A stretch of DNA of 64,000 nucleotides from assembly GCA_946965045.2 (NCBI GenBank), contig OX337242.1, positions 1,674,001-1,738,000 of the forward strand. The letters are read 5' to 3'. Within the stretch, counting starts at the first letter, position 1. Every line of letters starts with the position of its first letter. This DNA is from Epithemia pelagica (taxonomy: Eukaryota; Protista; Bacillariophyta). The position numbers and the translations under genes are program-made. Shown piece by piece: positions 11,292 to 21,268 of this stretch. The notes beneath the pieces were generated by a model. The model had not been told where the DNA came from. It ran no database searches and worked only from the letters and a program-made list of their open reading frames with translations.

Positions 11292-13420
11292 TCGGAGAGG
11301 GCAAAGGTCCATTCGTGGAGGGGGAGAGGAGGAAAGGGATCCAATGTGACATCTGGCATGAGGACGTAGCGACCGGGATGATCGGGTCGGGTCATGGATT
11401 TGTGACGCACAAAAATTCCCGCCGAACAAAAGAGACAAATGCCAATGCGCGGAGGACAATGAGACTGTGAGTGTCGTGTGGTCCAGGCTTGATGCAAGGC
11501 GGTTCCCACCTGTTGCAACAATTGAAAATAGGCTGGTGCCTGGCTGGTGGAACAGGCGGTCAAATCCAGGGCATAGAGGTAAATGGGTTGGACGGGTTGC
11601 GAGCGTGTAATGTAGGGTCCACCCACAACGTATTCCACAGTACCCAATTGCCAAGCCGGATGATGGGGTGGACAGTGAAAGGAGGCGGATGCTTGTTTGG
11701 TGCCACAAAAATTACAAATGGCCTGTGTCGCTCCAAAAAAGGGATTGACATAGGCACCACAATTGGAACATCGAGGGGGCAAGGGCCAGGTGTTGTTGTT
11801 GTTGGAGGTTTTGGACGACAAGCTTGTCTGGGAAAGAGCTTGGGATATTCCTTGGTCGCTGTAATTGTTGGTTGCCGCAAAGGGTGAATTGGCATAGGGT
11901 GTGCCCGATCCATCCACGACGGGAATGCCACCTCCTCCAAATTCGGTCCATGGTTCTTCTTCCACCATATCATCCTCCCCCTCATTCTTCTTGTCGTCGT
12001 CGTCGTCGTTTGTGGGAGTGGGTCCACGGTATGCTCCTCCTCTTCCTCCTCGCAAGGGGGCCGACGGAATGTGTCGGGGTCGGGGTGGAACATCGACACT
12101 GGAAACGGCCAGGGGTGTACAGACGAGACCCAGGGGGACATCTCCGGTATAATGCCAGACGCGTCGATCGACGGGAACACAATGCACCGTGGCACGCAAC
12201 AGGTGCGGACTGGCTTGGCCATCGTCATGAACGACACATCGCACATTGGCTTCGGGGGGATATCGTGGGACACCTTGTTGAATGGCGGCATGCGGTGTAT
12301 ACAACAATGACGATGACGATGACGAAGATGTGGCAGTGGCGGTGTCGTGAGGTCGCGTAAAGGGAGCCACACGAGGCAATTGGGCTGGATCAATCGTTGT
12401 ACCACCACTGTTGGTGGTTTGTTGGTGTGACGGTTGGTGATGTGGTTGGGATGCGGGGGGTCGAGCAGACATGGCGGCGGCAGCTGCTGGATACCGTCCA
12501 GGACCATGGGATGGCGGCGGTGGTGGTACGGGGCCACCCATTCGGGTGCTTGTTGGTGGGGGTGGTGGCATTACGCTGTGACTGTTGGGATAGAGGGAGG
12601 ATGGAGTCGTCATGGGAGTTTGTTCTTGTGGTTGTTGTTGTTGATATTGTGGTGGTGGTGGTCCAGGTGGTGGAGGATGGGAGTGTCCCATCCATGGGGC
12701 ACCCAATGGCGGTGTTGGTGCTGCCATTGTGTGCGATGGTGGTGGAGGCATGTTTCCTCGAGGAAAAGGAGGAGGAGGAGCAACTGGAGTCGTAGCAGTG
12801 GTAGGTGGAGCCAGAGTGGATGGGGGCGGTGGCGGTGGTGCCTGCAATGACGATGACGGAAATGGTCTTGGTGGTGGAGCGGGTGGTCCTGGAGTCATTC
12901 CATACGGTGGTGGTGGTGCTGCCTGTTGCGGTGGTGGAACGGCTAATGTTGGTGGTTGTTGCGGAGGTGGAGGTGGTGGTGGAAACGATGCTCCACCTGG
13001 ACGAGGAGGTGGTGGTGGTTGTTGTTGCTGCTGCTGTTGCAAGGGAGGAGCAGTCGTGGTCCCTGAAAAGTGAGGAGGGGGTGGCGGTGGATAGTGTTGT
13101 TGTTGTTGTTGCGTTGAAAACGACGGTGGAGTAGGAGCAGCCATACCCCCCGCATGATATGGTACTTGAGCTGCTGGTGGTGTTTGTGGTGGTGGTGCAT
13201 GATTCATGGGATTGTGCATCTGGTTCGGGTCATAGGCTCCTCCTCCTCCTCCTGCGGGTGCTGGTGGTGGTGTGGGCGGTGGAGGACGAGGAACGGATGG
13301 ATTCTGCTGCTGTTGCTGTTGCTGCTGCATGTTGGAAGGTGCACTTCCAGGAGGCCCCCGAGGAAGCGGCGGTGGAGGATAAAAGTTGTTCCGATTATTG
13401 GTGTGGTTGTACGACGACAT
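9392..13420 (-). CDS. SEC24: COPII coat protein Sec24 (Sec24C/D-like)
   Basis: Long Pro/Gln-rich N-terminus, zinc finger (CSNCGAYVNPF...CNFC), vWA trunk, beta-sandwich (FKVRCSAGL, RRVRVSTL), helical domain (LPDKLQLYP) and gelsolin-like C-terminus. Confidence 0.92.
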
Positions 13421-13727
13421 GGTGCTGCTTTGTGTGCCAGTATATAACAGACTATCTAGGTCAATGGGCAGGATTCATGTCTGACGAGGAGACGACAAAA
13501 GATTCCCATTTTTGTCGTCGTCGTCGTCGTCGGATTTTTCGTGTTGGGGTTTGGGGGGGGGGGACTTTTGGGAGGGGGCAAAACAAACTAGGAGTATAAG
13601 CTACCCCGTCTACCTTGCACTTCTAAGTCCTGTCCGCAAAATTCATCCGATTGCACGGTAGAATGTGTCTGACTCCTTACTTCATCCCTATTAAGGAGTA
13701 TTGCATGCGCATGGCGTTTCACCCTAT

Positions 13728-14156
13728 CTATTCCAAGTTGGATTTTCCTGGATACCGTTGCATAAAAACAAATTTGAACGTTTTGTTGGCTTCGTCTCGT
13801 TCGACCGTGACGGAATACAGGGCACTGACATTGTTTGGCTGGCCCTGGTAGAGAAAGGTTTGCTGTCCCTCAAACAAGACCACGGCACAGGCATGTTGTC
13901 CGGGTGGACCAAATTCGGTCACATGCTTGATTTCAATCACATGTCCGGAATGTTCGGTAATGTCTTTACTCGTGGCCATGTCGCAATAGCCTTGCAGGGT
14001 CAAGGGATTGCCCGACGGACGCACAAAAATCGTGTCGGAACTCGCCGCGTACGTGTCCCACCATGCCTGTACATCCTGGGCGGTAGGACTGTTGGTACAC
14101 GAGGCAAAGCCTTTGTACATGGCAGTGATCCAGGCTGTTAATTCTTGGCGATCCAT
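13728..14156 (-). CDS. Small NTF2/SnoaL-like fold protein
   Basis: 142-aa ORF with FVRPSGNPL and an alpha+beta pattern ending YSVTVER...FKFVFMQR. The family assignment is from memory, not a search. Confidence 0.6.
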   Translation of the reverse strand: MDRQELTAWITAMYKGFASCTNSPTAQDVQAWWDTYAASSDTIFVRPSGNPLTLQGYCDMATSKDITEHSGHVIEIKHVTEFGPPGQHACAVVLFEGQQTFLYQGQPNNVSALYSVTVERDEANKTFKFVFMQRYPGKSNLE

Positions 14157-15116
14157 GGCACTCGATGACGATGACGATGACGATGATGATGATCATGATG
14201 AAGAGAACAAGGCCGTGTGGGACAACCGGGCAAACGGACTGCTGCTGACAGTACAAGAAGAAGAAGAAGAAGCAAACGATGAGCAATACAGTGGACCAAG
14301 AATGAAGGAAGACCTTGTGGTTGCGGTCCTTTGAAGAATGGGCAATCCACGAGCAATCCACATGCGCGAGAGCCGAAATAATAAAATGAAAACTGCGAGC
14401 AAGATACTGGTCCTTTTGTTAAATGTCCCTCGACGGTCTGTCTGTGGTGTTGAAGATACCATGATTCTTCGGGTCATTCTCAAAAGTCTCTGTTGGTCGG
14501 ATGGTCTCGTACCTGGAGGATTTGTAGGCAGCAGCTATGCGGGGGGTCCATGCGACGACATGAAGAGTCGAAAGAATACCCACCAACAACAACCAAAGGC
14601 GAATCGTCGAGAACAACGCCACCACTGGTCCTTGCCTTGCCATCATGGTCATCGTCATCATCTTCTACTCCTACTTTCTGTTGTGTTCTGGGGGCGCGTC
14701 TTTCTTGTAATCGTAGAGTGGCTGGGATGAGAAATCGCGCTGGACTTTTTGTCGAACAGCAGAAATCTATCCACTGACCACACCCGACCCCACCCGACCC
14801 CACCCAACACCTGTCAAATTTTTTGGTAAAGACAGTTGTCAGTACACATCATTTTTGCAATGTCTGTAAAAATGTCGGTTATTATCTTTAAGATACTCTT
14901 TTTTTTTTTTGTAATTGCCCTCGATCTTGTTCCACATCTTGTCGGTCCCGCTTTTTTGTGGTGTCGTTGTCGTTATCGTGATCGTTAGTCATTTCCGCGT
15001 GCTGGTTACCAAAGAGATTGACTCCAGCAAAAGATCTTTGGAAGATCCGGGACCGTTAGCTTTGTATTGAACTGTGTCACATAGCAAGAGACTTTTCCAG
15101 CCATCACTCCATCACC

Positions 15117-15676
15117 ATGTCGTCCTCCACTGCTCCCGATGCCCAGGAACCCCCTACGAAAAAGGCTCGTTCGGCCGACGATTGGTCCAATCATGCCATG
15201 AAGCCTTGATCCAGGCCGATGAAGGTTGTAACTTGACGGAAATTCTCGACAAGGGATTGGAAACCTTGCAAGGCATTGGCCCCATGTCGGAAAAAGTCTT
15301 GGATGCCATGGGCTTGGCCACGGTCCGGGATTTGGCCACATACAAGTATTATCGCTTGGCTCGAGCGATTCATGTCTTGGCCGCGACGGAATCGAAACGA
15401 CCCGCCGGCAGTTTCATGAACATTGATAAGGCGGTCGATAAAGAATACGAAACGAAATCCCTGCAAGACTTGTTGCAAGCCCCGGTATCGGCCTTGGAAG
15501 GCTTGACGAACAAGGCGGATGAAACCTAGGCCGCCTTGCACATTAAAACCATTGGTGATTTGGCCACCTTCAAGTATGCCCAATGGGCCGAAGCCATGGT
15601 CGAATTGGCCCAGTACGAAGAATTGCACACCAAGCAAGAACGACATTTGGAAAAGGAACTCAAAAAGTTGGCGTGA
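15117..15676 (+). pseudogene. Disrupted gene for a small two-repeat helical (HhH-like) protein
   Basis: The ATG at 15117 frame stops at HAMKP*. The product continues in another frame (HEALIQADEG...), hits an in-frame TAG at 15527-15529, then resumes AALHIKTIGDLATFKY...KKLA*. Two internal repeats share the TV/IxDLATxKY motif. Confidence 0.7.
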
Positions 15677-15947
15677 GGGGGAGATTGGAATTTCCGAACT
15701 CGGGAAATGAAAAAGAAATGGGTTGACAACACATACAGATTTATATACACATACCGTTCCATTCCTATCAAAGGAGGCTCCTCCCACGAATATACAGAGA
15801 TACATATACTATGATATAATACACACCATCAGTAGGGGACAAAAGTGATTCATACGATTGGTAGAGGCGGTACCAAATATTCGTAGTGGTTGTAGTGTTC
15901 CAGTTCTATACAAAGAGAGACTGTTCGTAAGGTTAGCGACTCGAGAG

Positions 15948-16187
15948 CCTTGCAACGAAAGAGCAGAGCAAACGGTATTCCTCGTTCTAGTAATCGCTCG
16001 TTTTACCTCGACAGTCCCGCTCATTTCACCTTGCCACAAAAGAGGAGAGCAGACGGTATTCATTCTAGTAATCGCTCGTTTTACCTCGACAGTCCCGCTC
16101 ATTTCACCTTGCAACAAACGAGGAGAGAAGACGGTATTCGCTCTAGTAATCGCTCGTTTTACCTCGACAGTCCCGCTCATTTCACCT
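15948..16187. repeat. Tandem array of three 81/78/78-bp units with an invariant 46-bp core
   Basis: The core TCTAGTAATCGCTCGTTTTACCTCGACAGTCCCGCTCATTTCACCT occurs 3 times. The linkers are related but diverged. Confidence 0.92.
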
Positions 16188-16344
16188 CTAGACTATATAT
16201 TAGTACACCATATATTCATTCCACATCCATGACGGAATGATATCTTGACAAGGAGCCGACCAGAGAGTGTGTGCTTTGGATGTCACACCTTGCGATTTGC
16301 TGGTTCACGACAGGTGCGTGCCGGCCGCGAATTGGCACGTTTCG

Positions 16345-18355
16345 TTACGTCAATTCTCTGGACGAGGCGGACCCCGAAAGAAAGGTGCCATTCCTTTCGT
16401 CTCCGTCACTACTATTACTTTCCTGGTGTTGGTATTCCTTTGAGATGCGAGGGGATTCCGTCAATTCCAAATCGGCCAAGTATCCTTCTCGTCCATCCAT
16501 GCCCAAGGGACCATTCAAAGTACTACTAGGATAGTTGCTGTCATCGTCTTGATCGGTCAAGGACACTTCCATGGCATGCACAAATTCCCGGGCCAAGGGA
16601 TTGGGTCTCCACAAATAGGCGACACAGAGCAAAATCAAAAAGAAGTTTAATTCATTGCCCTGTGTCACATTGTAAATGGTAATGTCCTCACCACCGTTGT
16701 AGTTAAAATCCACAATGATCAAGACCAAAAGGCACAGGGTCAAAAAGACGGCCAATCCCAAAATCTTGAGCAAGGATTGGTATCGTTGCAATTTGCGCGT
16801 TTGATTGGATCGTTTCAAATAACTCATGGTTTTGCACAGTGCTTGAGGAATCCATACCATGAAGATCAAATCGACGGAAATTTTGATAAAGATGCAATTG
16901 ACAAGCAGCTTGTCCAAAAACGGAGAATCGGCCATGGGGTAGGTCACATCGGTCACGGCGGAAGCGGTAAAGTAGACAATCGCCAGGGTGGCACTCATGA
17001 CTCGTGGGATGGGATGGATGGACGCATGGACGACACCCCAGCCCAAACCCAAGCCAACGAGCAAGTACCGACTGAGGGCATGTTTCATGGAACCCAACAA
17101 GGCTCCCAACAGCCATACCAGATTCATGGCCACTTCTTCGACACCTGTACCTTGCAAGGCACCAAGGTCCCCTCCACTCTCGTAAAAGTGTTCTTCCCAC
17201 ACGGTGCTTGTCACAAAGAGACTCAACGCATGGAAAAAGCCCAATCCAATGGTAATGGAGATCCATTCTTCCAATCGAATGCGACTGTCCTTGTATCTTC
17301 GCATGAGGCAAAAATACCATACCCACAAAATGGCGTACAAAATGGTCAGAATCAAGTAAAAGGGGACATTTTCATCCAAATAAAGTTCGATTGTGGACGT
17401 GTAGGATTGCACCACAATATTTCCCTCCACCAAGACCGGCGGACGAGCGTGGTCGTCTTGGCCGTTGTAACAATTGGTCATGAGAATGACGTAGGTGCCT
17501 TCGTCCGACACGGCCGTCATGGTCGGTTTGTTGGCTCGCATCACAATCAAGCTGACAGGGCCAGGGGTTGCATCATTGGCCGAATCATCATTCGCCGTCG
17601 GCAAGGTCACATTGAAGGTGACTCCTCGAAACAAGGAGGGATCGACCAACAATCGTCCCGCCTGTTGGGGGGAGCATACATTTTGTTGAATGGCTTGACT
17701 GGAACAGCAATAAAAGATTCCATTCGTGACGCTGGAACTGTTGTATCGTACTCCAATGCCTTGATGCGTGGTCCAATCGCAATCTTGTGCCCCGTTTTGA
17801 GAAGTAGGTGCTGCAACAACAATGTGATTGTCAGTGGAACGACGTGAAACACAATGCGATGGAACCGGTACAATGGCAATGTCCAAATAGGATCCCACGG
17901 AAGGCGTCGTCGTTGTCGCGGTGTTATTCGCAGTACTGTTATAAGACGAAGACTGTTGTGGTACAATGTCAAAAAAGAGTCCTCCCACATCAAAGACACC
18001 ATTGCCTATATCGAACCAATTGTGCCACAAGCGCAAGACATGGTTCAGAGCACCTTGAGGATTGACACAACAGTATATGGATGATGCATTCCTGTAAGGG
18101 ATATCGATACGCACCTTGAAAGTCCTCCATGGCCTGGGCAATTTGAAAATTGTTGGCGGCTGGATCGAGTCGAAGGTTGACAATGGGGAGAATCTTGACG
18201 AGCTTTCCTTCCACCCGGTGGTGGTGGCAGGAGACAAGGATTCCGACTACTAGGACAATGGCCCATTGCGTCCACCTCGTTGGAACCACCAAGTGTCGTT
18301 GTGGTCCTGGTCGTTGGCGTCCTCCACACGAGGTGCAAACGGACGCGACCGGCAT
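16345..18355 (-). CDS. GOST-family seven-TM protein (TMEM87/GPR107-like), paralogue A; intron 18006..18114
   Basis: Lumenal Cys-rich domain plus 7 hydrophobic helices (WISITIGLG, LGLGWGVVH, QTRKL.RY, LWRPNP). The splice gives AQAMEDFQG|NGVFDVGG, matching paralogue B. The start codon is uncertain. Confidence 0.85.
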
Positions 18356-19133
18356 CCTTGTGGGTCCAAACGACAGTCGCTCCACTTTGGCCAATGCGTA
18401 TCTTGCAATGAAAAAGGAAGGTGTCCACCACAGTCCTCCTTCTTCACTCCGAGAGCGTTGTTGCTGTCCTTCTGTGAAGCCACTACGTTTATCCAAAAGC
18501 AACGTTTGGTTTTTGGTTCAGTTCGCGTACCTTATTGTTATTGTGGTACTGACTCTTTGTTGTTGCAATCGGTCTTGCGACAAGAGAAACACGACATAGC
18601 ACATGTGGTTCAGTCCCTCTTCATTCCCCCCAGGACCCAAACTATGTTCGGGGCATCTCGTTTGTCCCCTTCTTCCTCTCGGCCGAAAAGAGAAAAGATC
18701 TCGAACAAACAAAAGTAATGATCTCCCATCTTGCATTTTTACCATCATGGGATAAAGACTTGCGAGTTGGATTTCAAAGACGATTTGGAGTAGCTCTAGA
18801 GAGAGACGAGGACAAACTCGTTCTTTGGAATGGATAGCATTGCGATGAGCGTTTGGGTCGCAGTAGGGTCTTTACCCCAAAAACAGATCGAAGGCTTTTC
18901 CGGCAAAATGAGCCTATCTAAAATAATAGACATACAATAGCCGTGGTGTCTTGTGTCATTCGCGGACTCTGAAAAAAGATATCCCAACTCCCCCCACCTC
19001 TACACTCTAAAGAACTATATCTCGAAACGTAACAGAGGATTGACGAGCAAGACAAACACGATAGAGGCCAACGTATCATCGACTCGCTTGGAGCTGGAAG
19101 GAGGAAGAGGCGCGTCTATTCTAGAGAAAGAGA

Positions 19134-21174
19134 ATGCCATCCACAATCTACCACACCTCCAGGACGTCGACGGGGCTATTCCATGCCATGCTACTATGGA
19201 TCGGGGTATTGTTCGTTTCACCCTTGTTTGTTCATGGCAAGGATGTGACGATTCTTCCGATTGTGAACCTGAAACTCGATCCATTCTACAACAAGTTTGA
19301 AATTGCTCAGGCCATGGACGACTATGGAGGTTCGTACAAACGATTTCTTGTCATTGGTGCAACGGGTGGGGCGCCACAATCATTTGGAAACTCGGTTTCT
19401 CCTTTTTCTAACATCTGTTTTCTGTGTCGAATGGAATCGTGCTTCTTTTCTCATTGTCCCAACAGGCAATGGGGTGTTTGATGTGGGAGGTCTCTTTTTC
19501 AATATTAATTTACAAAAGTCTTCGTCGTCTACCTCGAGCACCAATGCCTCGTCCATGATATCTTATGTGGACATTGCCATTGTGCCCGTACCCTCACATT
19601 GCGTGTCACGTCGTTCGTTTGACGACAAGATTGTCGTTACAACACCAACAGCTCACAACGATGCACGAGATTGCGATTGGACCAATCATCAGGGTGTTGG
19701 ATTGCGATCGACCAAAAACATTCAGGGCAACGTTGCGGGAGATGTCTTTTATTGTTGTTCGCCAGACGCAATGGAAGAAAACTTGTGTCCACCCGAACAA
19801 GCCGGACGATTGTTGGTGCATCCCCACTTGTTTAAAGGGGCCACCTTCAATGTCACGCTTCCTCCTCCTTTGCCCCCCTTGGCCGATGACAATGCGATTG
19901 CCAGCTTGTCCGTGAACAAACCATCGAGCGCGGCCATTGCGGAGGAGGGCACCTATGTCATTCTCATGGCCAATTGTTACAATGAAGCCGCACCCAGTCA
20001 CACGGTGGTCGTGACGGGCAACATTGTCGTGCAATCGTACACGTCAGTGGTGGAAAACTTTTTGGATGAAAATGTCCCCTTTTACTTGATCATGACCCTT
20101 TGCAATCTCGGATTGTTTCTCTGGTACCTGTCCTTGATGCAAAAATACAAGGAAAGTCGCATTCCATTGGAAACATGGATCTGCGTCACGATTGGTCTGG
20201 GCTTTGCCAATGTCCTGGTTCTCTTTATTCAGAATACCATTTGGGAAGAACAGTTTTATCGGAGTGGAGGGGACCTTGATGCCTTGCAAGGTACCGGTGT
20301 GGAAGAAGTGGCCTTGAATTTTATTTGGATCATAGGAGCCTTGTTGGGTGCCATGAAACATGCCTTGAGTCGATATTTGTTGGTTGTCTTGGCTTTGGGA
20401 TGGGGTGTCGTCCATTCTTCGGTTCATCCCGTCAAACGCGTCGCCAGTGCCACCTTGGCCATTCTCTACTTTACCGTTTCGGCCATGATTGAAGTCGTCC
20501 ATCCATTCATGGCCAATTCGGCCTTTTTGCAAGAGTTGACCATCAAATGTTTTTACGTCAAAGTCGCCACAGAATGTATCTTTTTGATATGGATCCCTGT
20601 AGCGCTTTGTCGAACCATGAAGTATCTGACCCGATCGCATCAAACACGCAAATTGGAACGATACCGCGCCTTGTTGCGCATCTTGGGATTGGCCGTCCTC
20701 TTGACGGTGGGTCTCCTGGTCTTGATCATCTTGGATTACGTGTGGAATGAAGGGGCCAACGTTACCGTCTTTAACATTACGCAGGGCAATGAGTTGAATT
20801 TCTTTTTGATTTTGCTCTGTGTGGCACGCTTGTGGAAACCCAATCCCTTGGCACGCGACTATGTCTATGCCGTACAACTTGGCACGGCCGAAGATGATGA
20901 TGATGAGAATAATGGAAATACGAATGGATACAGTGACTATCCCGAGGATGAAGGTCCCTTGGGTATGGAGGGACGAGAAGGATACTTGACCGATTTGGAA
21001 TTGTCGGTCCGACAAACGGCACGCAGCAAACAAGAAACCGACAACAACAACAATCATACCATTGAGCCACGAACGCCTTTGGAATTCCAAAACCAAGACA
21101 GTGTGGAGGACGACGACGATGATGAGAATGATGGCAAGTATGGTGATTTTGCCATTGGTTCGGCCAACGAGTAA
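19134..21174 (+). CDS. GOST-family seven-TM protein (TMEM87/GPR107-like), paralogue B; intron 19330..19465
   Basis: Signal peptide exon (…VHG-KDVTILPIVNL), GT-AG intron at the same position as in paralogue A, and the same 7TM motifs. Confidence 0.88.
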
Positions 21175-21268
21175 TAGAAAACGGATGCGGTGAATTCGTT
21201 GTACTATAGAACAGGAACACGTTTACGAGTTGGAACGACAAGCGCTTTAGTTTGCTACCCAGATACAA

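Noticed and set aside
13546-13578. G-run that could form a G-quadruplex upstream of SEC24
   Set aside because: A single homopolymer-dominated tract with unreliable length and no other support.
14419-14661. 80-aa minus-strand ORF with a signal-peptide-like start
   Set aside because: No splice joining it to a downstream exon in frame could be found, and no recognisable domain.
15527-15529. In-frame TAG as programmed recoding
   Set aside because: The gene has a separate frameshift and the codon is one base from Leu; a nonsense change is simpler.
15948-16187. Array as CRISPR
   Set aside because: The linkers are homologous to each other, the context is eukaryotic and there are no cas genes.
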